DNA of 64,000 nt from Octopus sinensis (lineage: Eukaryota). The notes under the pieces are model-generated. The model ran no database searches, was not told the origin of the DNA, and saw only the letters and a list, made by a program, of their open reading frames with translations. Location of the stretch: the NCBI RefSeq assembly GCF_006345805.1, contig NC_043000.1:128898001-128962000 (forward strand), written 5' to 3'. The position numbers were made by a program, and so were the translations under genes. Of the stretch, positions 1 to 13,160 are shown piece by piece (the first letter of the stretch is position 1; each line of letters begins with the position of its first letter).

Positions 1-619
1 TCTACTTCAATTATTTCCTTTAGCTCATTATTAGCTCATTTTGTTTTTTATAAATTTATCTAGGGCTACATTAGAATGTAGCCCTAGAATGTGCCCTGCC
101 TTATATAAGACGGTATGGTGTGATTTGGGGGAGATTTAGTTGCTATTTCTCGCTGAGATAGGGAAGCTAAATAAAAGAGTAATGAAGTTAAAATCTGTTT
201 GGAAGCAAAAAAGCTTTTACATCACTTTCTGGGACGTTAAGCGACAAAGAGTAAAAATCTTACCACTGGACCAGACTCCAGTCAGTCGCAAGGTTAACCT
301 TCCCATCCGGTCGAGGAATCGTGTTCACAAGGTTATGATCATGAGTTCAGCATCTTAACCACCTGATATTATAGGTTCATACCTAGGGGCAATTTTATAT
401 CAGTTTCCAGGAGAATAGAGAGCATTAGCCCAACTAACCATACACACCTAGCGAGATTTTAATCCAGAATGAAGAAAGTAACTAAATACTTCAACACCAC
501 CGATTTTTATTTCAGCTGTTCCAAAAAATAGATGGAGAAAATACGAAGGATTACTTTGGTATAATGGTAGAACATTTGTCATGTTTACAGATGTTCTACC
601 ATTATACTTTTTTTGTCCA

Positions 620-1018
620 CGGATTTTTTAACCCAATATTCTACTCGCTATCATTATAGCCCCTCCCCGTCTCTCTGGCCAGGTAACCGTGTACCTCCTC
701 TGTAGCAAGACACCTATTTCTACCTCTCTGTTATACTCTAACCTTTCATCATCTGACACAAGATCACCTTCTCCAATGTTCCCTCCCCCTCTCAAAAATT
801 CCTTGTCTTCCAAGTTACTTGGTGATCCTGCCGGTGTTGGTGGTATGTAAAAAAAACATCCAGTCCATACTGTGAAGTGGTTGGCATTTGAAAGGGCATC
901 TAATTGTAAAAACCATGCCAAAACAGACAGTAGCCTGGTGTAGTCTTCTACCTGGCCAGCTCCTGTCCAACCGCCCAACCCATGCCAGCATGGAAAGCGG
1001 ACGTTAAACGATAATGAT
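620..1018 (+). mobile_element. SINE-like retroposon remnant with RTE-type 3' tail
   Basis: Ends in ACCCATGCCAGCATGGAAAGCGGACGTTAAACGATAATGAT (stem-loop plus GAT-type tail), recalled as a cephalopod SINE 3' end. 5' boundary approximate. Confidence 0.55.
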
Positions 1019-1149
1019 ATCTGTGTGTGTGTGTGTACATACAAATATATATACATATTTACATAGTTACACACACACAAACACTCTCACACACACAAAT
1101 ACACATACATGACATGAAACTGAAGCAATTTATGTTAATAATAATGTAA

Positions 1150-1712
1150 GCTCTGTGCATAAAATTTGTCCTACAAAGGAAGTCCAATGGTCAAAAGATA
1201 TTATACCCAAAGTTAGAAAAGTTCTGAGACGAAGAACAAAGCTCATAAATCGTTTAAATGTACACCAAACTATGGACAGTGATGCATCTCACTTAAAAGT
1301 ATGCGTTCAGAAATCGAGAAAAATATTTTCAACATCGCAAAGGAAGAACTCAGAACAGGAATCCAAGGGTGTAGAAATTATAGGTTTAAAGACTCTAACT
1401 TTTGCTATAAATTCATAAAAGAATCGATTTTAGAGCCTCTAAAGGATCAAGTGAAATACTGAATGAACGAATCAAAAACGTTTGCATAGCCCCGATGCGA
1501 CACAGATAAATAAAGTAGAAAAACTCTACAACACTCAATACGAGGAAGTGGCAACCATCAGTTACATCGATATAAAGGAAGTTATAATATGAGAAATATA
1601 ATATCAGAAATTAAATGACCTGATATTAGTGAGAAGGTTTGAAGGGTTCCCAAATAATTCTATTGAAACATGTAAAAAGGGCCTAGCAAAACCAGTTAGA
1701 ATACTTTGCATG
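1150..1712 (+). pseudogene. Decayed CR1/L2-group LINE ORF2, linker region upstream of RT
   Basis: Frameshifted translation gives IIPKVRKVLRRRTKLINRL ... GFEGFP ... TCKK.LAKPVRIL, resembling the GPDGFP..LKxCKxxLAxPL segment before the CR1 RT domain. Confidence 0.55.
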
Positions 1713-2115
1713 TATAAAGAATTTCAAAGAAATGTTCTATGCACGAGGGAAGAAGTAGAGAAGGATGCAATACACGCATACGCACGCGCACTTTGTATAT
1801 ACAAAAATACACGCACACTCTATGTTGTAATATATACGTATGCTCGACAAATACTATTTGTGTGTCTGATGAAATGTTGCATAGAGGTTCTGAGATATTG
1901 CATTAATGAAATGCACGTTGGAATGACTCTGTTGAAATATCAATGATGTTCTCCTGTTGTTTTTCTTGTGTGTGTTTGTGTGTGTGTGAGTGTGTGTGTC
2001 TGTGCGCATGTGCCTTTTACTTGTTTCAGTCGTTTTTTAGCCCTACATACATACGTACGTACATACATACATACATACAGTCATTCATACATACATACAT
2101 ACATACATACATACA

Positions 2116-2149
<34 letters not shown>

Positions 2150-2652
2150 CATACATACATACATACATATATATAAAGAGGCCCAGATGTTGATGTTGAA
2201 ATTCCAATGACGAAGCCTTGGATCTAGGTTAGAAACAGGCTCTTTCTCTAGAAAGAAATTGAACAATGATATATATATATATGATATATGATATGATATG
2301 ATGTGATATGCCCCATATAAGATGAAAGATGACCAATAACACATGTAAGGAATGTATTTATATGGAAAGATGCTTTTTCAATTTAGAAGTTTGATGTTAT
2401 CAAAAGACTTGACCACATCATATAAATACATTCCTTACGTTTGTTATTTTTTGTGTTTATTTCTTATGCCATACGTGCTCGATGATGATCGCTCTTATAG
2501 TCAACTCTCCACCTCTGCACTGCCTAACCTTAATGAAAAAGCTGGAGTTGAAGATTCGTATTTCTTTGAGCACTACTCGGTGACTATGCTTCGCATACAT
2601 AATCATTTTATAACCCATTTTTCACACACACACACACACACGAACTTACTCC

Positions 2653-3070
2653 TCTGACTTCGTATCAGGAAAGTCATGGAACAAATTATCAAAGGGTAAC
2701 TAATTACGTTCTTAGAAGAAAATGATTTATTAGCTGGTGCTCAGCACGCTTTCGGTTCAGCTAGTAGCTACCACAAACAGGTCTTATACCATCATTCAAA
2801 TATAGATGCCATATATCTCGACTATGGAAATACCTTCGACAACGTTGCTCATGAAATGATGTATTCTAAATTACGTGATCTCGAAATGGTTTGACAAGTA
2901 TGAGAATAGAATGGCCGCATGTCTTTTTAAGAGACATAAGTCAGGCGGTTGCATCCAACGGTGCTCTTTGAAACGTGGCATTGCCTCTGAGTGAATCCAT
3001 CTAGGGGCAATCATAAGACCATTACTCTCTCTCTAGTAGCTTCCTCAGACATGCTCTCAGTTAAACAAGC
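2653..3070 (+). pseudogene. Decayed CR1/L2-group reverse transcriptase fragment
   Basis: Reads GKVMEQIIK..LITFLEENDLLAGAQHAF ... NIDAIYLDYGNTFDNVAH, matching KVMExII / QHGF / DAIYLDFxKAFDxVxH motifs, with stops and frameshifts. Confidence 0.8.
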
Positions 3071-3399
3071 AATCAGTTTAGCTTGTCCTCGTGAGAATGA
3101 ATATTTTCAGTTATATGGGGATATTTATTCTCATTGTGTAGAGAACTGCTCCCAAAAGAAATAACACATAAGAAAGCAAAACAATAGAATCAAAGAATTT
3201 TAAAACAAATATTAACGAGCACAAACAAACAGTAAATCGAAAAGAAAATGACATTTTAACAAAAAAAAAAAAAAAGCCTAAAAGACAACACAGTTGCGAA
3301 GCGCCATCGTTCGCTAACGTACTTTTGAACAAGAAAACCCTAGATATGCAACTTTTTGATGAAAGAATCAAAGCATGTCAATCTTTTGTCTACAAGACG

Positions 3400-3930
3400 G
3401 ACACCAGCATTTCACAATTTATCAAAATTGCGCGAAATGATGAAAGTAATGCAATTGTGCCTTGTTAAAGGCACGGAGGATTTCCTTGTTCCATTGATAA
3501 GAGATTTAAAGAAAGCCTCAGCGGACTTGTTAAGTGAAATCTCCTTTATTGGGATGGAAGAGGGAGTATGGCATCATAAGCATCACTTTTGATTTTAGCC
3601 GAAATTGTACATGGCACACCTGCCCATGAGCTAGTTCCTCAATATTTGATAAGAAGAAGCGCAAGAGTCACAATCAGAGACATCGGCAGCAGTTTTGATC
3701 CCTGGCTCTCAGTCACTTTTGTGGTACAATATTGTCAGGTGATTAGCACCGGTGTAATGTTTCGTGGTATGCTGTGGGAAGGGGGTCAGCATGAACATGC
3801 AAGTCCCCGTGTCTTCGCTAGACCACAAGGCAATACCAGAATGGTATCCTGTGGAAGGAGTTGAGAGAAACTTGGCATCCAAAGCAGAAACCCCTGTTGC
3901 GACAAATGCTGCGGTAAAAACCAAATTAAA
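3400..3930 (+). mobile_element. Possible decayed L1/Tx1-type ORF1 fragment
   Basis: Non-repetitive segment; ORF 3589-3864 (LVPQYLIRRSARVTIRDIGSSFDPWL..FVVQYCQV) loosely resembles LINE ORF1 RRM-like regions. Weak resemblance only. Confidence 0.2.
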
Positions 3931-4697
3931 AGCTTTCTAGCAATAAAGAGTAAAAGGACAAAGACAGCAACAAATCCTGAAGACTGGTGGTTCTATGCAG
4001 CAGTGCAGCATTAAGTGGCACAGATAAAACTCTTGAGTAGTCAAAATGATTAATTAAATAAATAAACGTCCCGTCCTCATTACCAGGCACTAACAGAAAA
4101 ACCTAAGGACTCTTCTAGATTAAAACCAGTGGAGATAATGAGCGATCGAAAACAACACAAGCAACAGCAAGAACTAAATTATCGGGAAACCACACTTCGT
4201 AGCAGAATCACCGCATTCATTTATAGAAACGGGGAACAGAGACCGAAAGAGACGGGAAAACTTTTCCCGAAAGAAAATAGATTACCCAGTTCCTCTCATT
4301 TAGTCAGTTCTTCTTTCACTGGTCCTAATCGTTGGATTGGGGTATTGCATTCAATTAGTTGGATGATTATTGGCCCCAGTACTTATTCCAGTAGGGTGCA
4401 TATTTTATCTAGATTTCTATTGGGCGAACAACTGATGTGTAGGACACACATAACCACGATACAGCATAAACGAAACACGCAAATATTTATATATTTTGCG
4501 CAACATAGCGTGAATATAAAGGAATGAAATTATTTTTTTAGATATTAGGAAAGACTAGCTGTGAGTGTAAACACATTCTTCTTATGCTTTCGATGTTCGG
4601 AAAAAAAAAGAGGGGAGTATCTTCAAGGTGAAACACAGTATGGCTGCGATTAAATAACTGGAATATCTAAATGTGTGTGTGTGTGTGTTTATATATG

Positions 4698-4923
4698 TTT
4701 CTGTATTACCTACAAGAGGCTAAACATAGAGGGGACAAACAAGGACAGACAAACGGGTTAAGTCGATTACATCGACCCCAGTGCGTAACTGGTACTTAAT
4801 TTATCGACCCCGAAAGAATGAAAGGCAAAGTCGACCTCGGCGGAATTCGAACTCAGAACGTAGCAACGGGTGAAATACCGCGAAGTACTTCGCCCGGCGT
4901 GCTAACGTCTCTGCCAGCTCGCC
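4698..4923 (-). mobile_element. tRNA-derived SINE, family A
   Basis: Reverse complement of GGCGAGCTGGCAGA...GAGTTCGAATTCCGCCGAGGTCGACTTTGCCTTTCAT..; flanked by direct repeat GTGTGTGTTTATATATG (4681-4697, 4924-4940). Confidence 0.9.
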
Positions 4924-4938
4924 GTGTGTGTTTATATA

Positions 4939-4977
<39 letters not shown>

Positions 4978-5569
4978 TGTGTGTGAGTGTGTGTCTTTCT
5001 GAAAAGTTTACATTTACTAAAATCTACACGCAAGACATTTATCAACTCGCGATTATAGTAGAAAAAGCTGACTCAAAACCCTGTGCAGTGGTATTGAACC
5101 CCAAATCACGTAGTTGTCAAGCAAACTTATTAACCACACAGCCAAGAATGCTTCGAATTCGAAAATGCATTCCAGTTTCGTTATCGCTTAGTTGGTCCTT
5201 GTTACCATGCATGTTATTCCAGTTGACTATATTATGCTAATGAGGTCTAATAGACTGAAACATGCCTACAGTTGCCCCATGCGTGCAAACAAAAGTGAAT
5301 ATTTCTTTCCCCTTAGCTTACCAATAGACTTCAAGAAACTAATTTCTAATTTCTTAAAATCATCTCCCCTTTTCTGTGAAGCTTATTAATAATTACTGCA
5401 ATAATTCGTTTTCTTTCTGAAACTAAGAAGGAAATTTCAACTAAACTAAAAAGAAACAAAAAACAAAAACAAAATCTTTTCTAGAGCGGCATTCATTCCA
5501 GCACCTCAGCTTTTTAACTGATTTATCTATAGTGTATTTTGTTGTGATTGTTGTTGTTGTGCTTCTTTT

Positions 5570-5576
5570 CTTCTTC

Positions 5577-5642
<66 letters not shown>

Positions 5643-5760
5643 TTCTTCTTCTTCTCTTCTTCTTCTTCTTCTTCTTCTTCTTCTTCTTCTTCTTCTTCTT
5701 CTTCTTCTTCTTCTTCTACTTCGTCGTCGTCACCACCACCACCACCACCACCGCCACCAC
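5570..5760. repeat. Compound trinucleotide microsatellite (CAT)n-(CTT)n-(CAC)n
   Basis: Directly visible; explains the poly-I/S/M/L ORFs. Confidence 0.95.
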
Positions 5761-6144
5761 CTTCATATTCTTATCTTTCTCCCCCCCCACTACCATTGCA
5801 TTTCTTTCTATCTTCTTTCTACCATGAGTTCTCTTTTAATTCATTAGTGGAAAACTAATTACCCTTCCTCCTTTTTCCCCCACCTCCACGAGCTCCCTCC
5901 CCCCCTCCAACGCACCGCCATAATTACAGTAGTGCAACAACATAAGCAATGGCAGCAGCTATAGCAACAGTTGTAGTAGTAGTGGTAGTAGCAGCAGCAG
6001 CAACAACAACAACAACAACAACAATAACAACGGCAGCAACAGCAGTAGCAGCAGCGGAGCCTCCTTATGGTCATACGACCTGTTAGAAACAGCAACTAAA
6101 ATCTCTCTGAATAAAGTCTCATCTTAAAATACAACCTCACATAC

Positions 6145-6179
<35 letters not shown>

Positions 6180-6229
6180 CACACACACACATGTGCATGT
6201 GTATGTATGTGTATATGTATATACATACA

Positions 6230-6261
<32 letters not shown>

Positions 6262-6613
6262 AACACACACACATATATACATGCATGCATACATATATAT
6301 ATATTCATATATGTATGTGTATAGTATAAATATATATATGTGTGTGTGTGTGTGTGTGTTTCTGCATATATACATGTATATATATAAACACACCGTGTGT
6401 ATGTGTGCACAGATATACAGGCTTACACATGCATATATTTATACATATGGACACATACAAACACTTCGCAAAAAGTGAATGAATCATATTGGAAACGCGC
6501 GCGCGCAGATGCATGCACACACATATATGCATGCATATATATGTATGCAAGCACACACACGAACACATTTATGAACAAAGAAAACAAGAGAGAAAGAGAG
6601 GGAGGGGAGAGAA

Positions 6614-6649
<36 letters not shown>

Positions 6650-7459
6650 AGTTTCATTTTGTATTTCATCAGCTCTGCCAGTTCTCGTCCCATTAATGAA
6701 TGATGCAAACCATATATGGAAGTTACTGGCCGACATCGACAATAACATCGCATCAACATAATAACAAAAATAACAACACTCTCAGCTTCAATTAAGACAG
6801 TGCCTGCCTGCTAGAACTAAAATATACACTTGCTAGGCAATATGCATGCGCACGCATGTGCGCACGCACACAGGCACGCATTTAGACACGCATGCGCGCT
6901 TGTGTGCATGCATTGAAACTAAAGGCGGAGGCGTAGGAAGTCCCTAGATATAATACAGCAGGATGGTAACAAGGCAAGCTAAGCAAGATATCGACTCATA
7001 TAGACCCAGTCGCAACATCAATGAATGTAAACTATTTCACCATTCATAATGTGCTCGGCGCTTTCACTTGAAAGATTCGCCTGGAAAATAAAAAAGTAGA
7101 AAAAAAAATTATGAATAGAACTACGCACGTGCGCGCGCATGCACGAAAATTAATGAATTGAGGCAGCTAGGGTTCGGGGTTCGGTGTTCAGTGCTACGCT
7201 GCTACTCTGCTGTGTATCACCACACTTTTGGGTGCGTGTATAATAAATGAATGAATAAACAGAATGAATAGTTAAAAGAAAAAAATATATATCTCTGGGT
7301 GTAGGGGTATGTGCGTGCATGCATGCGTGTGTGCATGTGCATGCATGCATGCATGTACGCACCGCGTTCAGGTGAATGTAAGCGTGTGATTGCGATCTGT
7401 CTTTTAGGTATTAAGGGTAATTCTAATCGCGATCTTTAACTACCTTCTCCCCCACCCCA

Positions 7460-7650
7460 CCCCAGGTTAAATCTAGGTCGAGCAGACTTAAGATATTCTA
7501 GCCGTGACCATTCCATCATTTTTTTTTCTACATACTTTATCTAGCACTACATTATCCAATGCGTCTTTCCTTTTTTCGCCATTTAATAAGGTGGCAACAG
7601 GATATGGTATAAGCAACATTTGACTGCAATTTCTAGCAGGCTGTGAACTC
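7460..7650 (-). mobile_element. Old dispersed SINE-like repeat, family C (degenerate copy)
   Basis: CCCCAGGT...AGCCGTGACCATTCC...CTACATTATCCAATG...TTTGACTGCAATTTCTAGCAGG; related pieces near 60-160, 8130-8480, 8810-8900, 12500-12870, 13170-13480, 18650-18850, 21130-21200. Confidence 0.7.
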
Positions 7651-7753
7651 TATAAAGCCTTCTAAGTTGAAGTGAGTTATTAAAATGACTGAAATTTTGT
7701 ATGTAATTGATAAATTTAAAAAAATATCTATAGCTGATACTTATCCATGGAAA

Positions 7754-7965
7754 GGCGGCGAGCTGCAGAATCGTTACTACGCCAGGCGAAATGCTTTGCG
7801 GCATTTCGTTATCTTTACGTTCTGAGTTCAAATTCTACCAAGGTCGACTTTGCCTTTCATCCTTTCGGAATCGATAAAATAAGTACCAGTTAAGCACTGG
7901 TGATCGATGTAGTCGACTTACCCCCGTCCCGATCTTGCTGGCCTTGTGCCAAAATTTGATACCAA
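7754..7965 (+). mobile_element. tRNA-derived SINE, family A variant with alternative 3' end
   Basis: Family A head and core, then tail TTGCTGGCCTTGTGCCAAAATTTGA instead of the TTGTCCCCTCT..AAGAAATAGG tail. Confidence 0.85.
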
Positions 7966-8081
7966 TATTTGTCCCTGGTGGGTATAGTCTACAGCAACCT
8001 ACAGCCGTTTGAACCGAACTCACATACAAAATATGCACTGTACCAAACTCAATATTTTTTTACAAACTGATGCACAAGTTC

Positions 8082-8115
<34 letters not shown>

Positions 8116-9273
8116 ATGTATGTCGTAGTGGTTTAGACTCAATTCAGTCCTCATCGACCAAACTTACAATTAAAGATATTCCAGTTTCTACCTTCCCATC
8201 TTCTATCCAGTTATTGTATATCTTCGACTAGATTATCTAATGTTCTGTTTTAGCCCCAGTTCAGATCTGACCGAGCAAACCTGCGACCAGGGACTTTCCA
8301 ACCTTGGCCACCGTAACTTTTATGAAGAGATTTTGTGTATCTAAAACTACAGAGACCTTCCTCATTGTTGGTCTGGCATAGCCCCAGGTCAATTCTAATT
8401 AAACGGACTTACCAACCTTGACAGTCGCAACTTTTATTTGGTCATTGTGTACCTAAGACTACATTATCAAATGCAGCGATCTTTAACCTTTATCTTTTCT
8501 CAGCATACTGAACAAAGTGCTTAAAGTGTTAGGGTACACCATCATCTTTTTACAGGTGCATGTGTGTGTATGTGTGTTTGAATGTGTGAGGGATGTGTAT
8601 TAAAACGGATTTAAAACCGAGATGGCCGCTCCACGTCTTTTATTTCGCCACAAAGGAATAAACATTCAACGCCGCGGTGTCATAGAAACAATAAAGTTTT
8701 CCAATTCATTTGATATTTTCTGACTTGCCTGAAAACCTCGCAGCACACCTGTTGACCATATGCGGCATAATAATTAAAAACATCTGATCTAATGTGTCCT
8801 TCGTTGTTTTTGAAGATTGTTGTGGTGTTGGTTTCGTTCCGAGTTTGCTCTGAGCAAAAAGACCAAGGATCAAAGGCGGTTTAGCTGTCACAATTCATCC
8901 CAACATTTATTTAAACATAATGTATTGCATTATTATCTTTTAAACTGGAGGCAGTATCTATTGCCCCTTTAGAGACGTTCTAAGGCTGGTGTGAAAGGGA
9001 GAGGACGGTATCCTCAGACTGGAGACCTATTGTGAATGCTTGCAACAGGGTACTCCCTTAAAGGCACACAAGGTACCAGGTGGTATTGTTAAACTGGTCA
9101 ACGGGATTTTATTATTTTTATGATTATATTACTTTATGCACCCCCTCGTTGTTCTAGTTTATCCTTAGGCTAGACGCGACTCAGTACGCCAATGGTTAAA
9201 GGTATTTCAAGTCTAGTTTATTAAGAACATGAACTTAGACTGTAATACTAGTTCAAGGTACATTAGGCCCGAA

Positions 9274-9503
9274 GGCGGCGAGCTGGCAGAATTGTTAGCA
9301 CGCCAGGCGAAATGCTCAGCGGTATTTCGTCTGGCGCTACGTTCTGAGTTCAAATTCCGCCGAGGTCGACTTTGCCTTTCATCCTTTCGGGGTCGATTAA
9401 ATAAGTACCAGTTACGCACTGGGGTCGATATAATCGACTTAATCCGTTTGTCTGTCCTTGTTTGTCCTCTCTGTGTTTAACCCCTTGTGGGTAGTAAACA
9501 AAT
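9274..9503 (+). mobile_element. Full-length tRNA-derived SINE, family A, with 18-bp TSD
   Basis: A-box-like TGGCAGAATTG and B-box GAGTTCAAATTCC; perfect flanking repeat AGGTACATTAGGCCCGAA at 9256-9273 and 9504-9521. Confidence 0.95.
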
Positions 9504-9845
9504 AGGTACATTAGGCCCGAAGAAAAAAAGAACGCTTGGTGTAGTGATTAGGATGTTCGGTTCACGATCGTAATGTCACAGGTTCATTTCTTGCTCCAGT
9601 CTACTCAATTGAAATGAATACTAGCCACCATGCACGGGTACAACTCCCTCTCTCTCTCCTTCCACTTGTTACACTCAGTATGTGCCACTAGATCAAAGGG
9701 TGGGAAAGCCAAGAGAGTGTCTACGTCTGCTTGCAACTACATAAACATCTAAAGCCATATGCGAAAGTTAGGTACATTGTTACCGAGTCACACTCGCTTA
9801 CGGGTGACCACTCTCTATCTGTCTGTGTCTGTATGTCTCTCTTTT

Positions 9846-9897
<52 letters not shown>

Positions 9898-10563
9898 CAG
9901 GTGCTACTTAGGCACATATGGACCCCACAAGGCTAATCTTAAGTCGTCTAATTGAAGCATTTATTCACTGAGTGTGCTCAATAGTTAGTAATTAGTTGGG
10001 GCTATGACCGATGTCACAGTGAAATAAACGGAAAAAACTGAGTTTCGAATATACCATATATAGAAAATATACGCCTATTTAAATTACGGTGATGCAGTTT
10101 TGTGTGTGTGTGGTGTGTGTGTGTGTGATAATGGCAGTGAAATAATTTAGAGAAAGAAAGACTGAATGAGAGATAGAAAGAAGAATGCAATAAGTGACTT
10201 GTCTGTGAGCGAAAAGTGATCCTCTGAAAACCCTATTTTCGTCTCTTTGCTCCTTCTTCCTTCTTTCTTTTTCTCTCTCAGACTCACTCACTCTCTCTTT
10301 CTCCGTCTATTTCTCTTCATCTCTCTCTCTCTCTCTCTGTACTTCTCTCTTTCTCTTTGAATATATTGTTTACTAAATACGTTCTTTTGCTTCTTTTTCC
10401 CTACTACATGTCTCACCTCTCTTTCTTTCCTCACTATCTCACAACACTCTCTTTCTATTTCTCCCTCATTTTTCTCTATTTTTCTGTCTCCCACCATCAT
10501 TGCGCCACATTACTCTGTTTCTGTTTACATCTCACTTCCTCATATATTTTCCCTCCTCATCCG

Positions 10564-10601
<38 letters not shown>

Positions 10602-10744
10602 AACTTGCTCATTCACATTCTCTTCAGTTTGTTTATATCTCTCCAACTATCTCTCAATCCCTACTCACGCTTCTTCACTTTATCAATCAATCGATCAATC
10701 AGTCAATCATCCAACTAATCAAGCAGTCCATCCATCCATCCATC

Positions 10745-10749
10745 TATCC

Positions 10750-10825
<76 letters not shown>

Positions 10826-10839
10826 GTCTATCTACCTAC

Positions 10840-10878
<39 letters not shown>

Positions 10879-10935
10879 CCTATCTATCTATCTATCTATC
10901 TATCTACCTATCTATCTATCTATCTATCTATCTAC

Positions 10936-10982
<47 letters not shown>

Positions 10983-10983
10983 C

Positions 10984-11048
<65 letters not shown>
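10745..11048. repeat. (TCTA)n microsatellite, about 300 bp
   Basis: Directly visible; explains the IYLS-repeat ORF 10357-11058. Confidence 0.97.
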
Positions 11049-11050
<2 letters not shown>

Positions 11051-11891
11051 CCTGCTAAACTGTTCACTTACCTACTCTGTTACATATTCCATTCAATCTC
11101 TCTCTCTCTTTTGCATGTGTGCATGCTCGTGTGTGTGCATGTATTTCTATACGCGTATGTTGTGTATACATTTATCTTTCTATCCATTCACGCGCGTGCG
11201 CGCATATAAAGATATATATGTGCACGCTCACACGCTCAGTTTTGCAATTATTTTCCTTCCTTCATTCTCAACTCCTCTTACTCTCCCTCTTTTCCGTTCT
11301 CCACCTTCCACACTTCTGGTCAGTCCTCCCTCCTATGCTCTACCATGTACATATTGTCTCAACAGGCATAAGTTTCATTCTCTACCCTTGACTGCTCTCC
11401 TCCTGTATTATGCCCAGACAACTGATGGCGAAGGACGAAGGACGACTACAGTGTTATTTTTCTGATTTCTCGTTCAGGCCTCCAAACGTCCAATCAATAT
11501 ATTAGCTATGTTATCATTCACTTGATGCAGTTTATTGATAACGACTGAGCTGCTTTTGTGTGATTTATTGACAAGACCCAAACGCAAACCTGTGTAGTAA
11601 AAACATTACCCAATGACACTACATAACGGATATATATATAAGTTAGTTGTCTACGAAGCCGAAGTCCAAGTTGTTATTCATAATGTTGATGAGCTGGTAA
11701 ATACTGAAATTTACTCGGTGTTGTAGGGGCTCAGTTGTCTTCATGTTGTTCATTAAGGGCGGTGATGACGAAATTATGACGTGTATTACTAGCAAGCAAT
11801 GACAGGTCGCGTGTTTTTTAGGCAACCCGCGATGGGTTGCCTAAATAAAAATCTCCCTGAAATATCGTGTCATAAAATTATTTTCTATACA

Positions 11892-12275
11892 CAGACATGG
11901 CTGTGAGGTTAAGAAGCTCACTTGGCGAACACAAGTTTCGAGTTCAGTTTTACTGTGCAACATCTTAAGCAAGTATTTTATAATATAACCCGGGGTCGAC
12001 CAATGCTTTGTGAATGAATCTGGTAGACGGAAACTGCGTGGAAGCCCTTCATAATATGTGTATAAGTGTTTGTCCCCCCACCCACCAGTGCTTGGAAACT
12101 TGTGTTAGTTTATTTATGTCAATGTAATTTAACAGTTCTGGAAAGGGAGTCGATAGAATAAGTATGAGACCTAAAAAATAAGTACAAGGGCCAATTTGTT
12201 CGACTAAACCCGTCAAGGTGGTGCCCAAAGAGGGCATGGTCGCAGTCCAATGACTGAAACAAGTAAAAGATCAAA
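11892..12275 (+). mobile_element. tRNA-derived SINE, family B (older copy)
   Basis: ATGGCTGTGAGGTTAAGAAGCT...GGTAGACGGAAACTG...ATGACTGAAACAAGTAAAAGA, homologous to 33656-34126. Confidence 0.85.
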
Positions 12276-12899
12276 GACAATCATGTAACCAGAACTAAAT
12301 TACATGTTTTCATATAAGTAACACTCCCCTATCAACTTTATTGACGGAATTAATACAGAGCAAAATTTCATTTAATCGGGCTGAAAAGGTTCGCGCCTTA
12401 ATTGATATAGGTGCAAAGTGTTTTGCTGTTTACATTCCTCTCCAAACTATATCCATGGCAGGAACTGAACTTAAAGATGCAAATTAATGAGGCAATCCTC
12501 ACTTTTACTGCGCTTCTGTAGTTGTTTTTATTCTCGATCAGACCTGACTGAAAAGACCTATGATCAAATATCTAAGCCTCAATATCCCGTCTTTTTACAG
12601 GGACCAAGGACTCTATTATGTTATACTCCCATTCTTTCATCTAAGACTGCAGATATAATGTTTTTTCTGGGAATTTGGCTGCTATTTCTTGCAGGTCAAG
12701 CGACAATTTAGAGGATATATTATTGTTGCTGTTGTTGTTGTTTAGTACCTGGTCAGTCCTAATCGGGAAAACCTATGAGCAAAACCATTTCAGCCGTGAC
12801 TATGCCATTCTATTTTTTGTTTTTTCATGTTAGGGACTATATTGCTTAATGTGCCCTTCCCTATATTTATTTGCTAATTTTTAATTACTGAATCTGGAG

Positions 12900-13160
12900 G
12901 AAGGAGTAATGCCCATGGTCGTCGTAGACCCCTCACCCTTAGACTGGTAAGACTGATACAAATAGATGTTCTTAACTCTTTGTAAATCAGCGTTTATGGG
13001 AAAGACATGAGTGGTGGGCCAATATTCTGGGAAAGAAGGACTATGCGTAGTGGGTAGTATGGAGCCTAGTTGGCTTGGAAACAGCAATAACTGAATAGTG
13101 CAGAAGCTATTATAGTAGCAGCATAAAGCAGAGTCTGGAGCAGGTTTGAGAATGACTTTA
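12900..13160 (-). pseudogene. Decayed 3' end of CR1/L2-group LINE ORF2
   Basis: Minus strand gives CYYNSFC ... SFFPRI ... HVFPINADLQRVKNI, resembling the C-terminal SFFPRT..HVFP..LQxFK pattern. Confidence 0.55.

Noticed and set aside
2195-2250. ATGACGA-AGCCT..AGGTT-AGAAAC hammerhead look-alike
   Set aside because: The core lacks the first C, there is an extra base before GAAA and no helix I; it looks more like a retroposon 3' end stem-loop.
6640-6680. Minus-strand CTGATGA...GAAAC
   Set aside because: No helix II and no GTH triplet pairing with GAAAC; adjacent to a (GA)n tract, so likely chance.
9274-9362. SINE heads as tRNA genes
   Set aside because: They have A/B-box-like motifs but no complete cloverleaf, and continue into SINE bodies with TSDs.
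9213-9419. Recurrent ORF MRNWYLFNRPRKDERQSRPRRNLNSER (also 14765, 30535)
   Set aside because: Antisense translation of the family A SINE, not a gene family.
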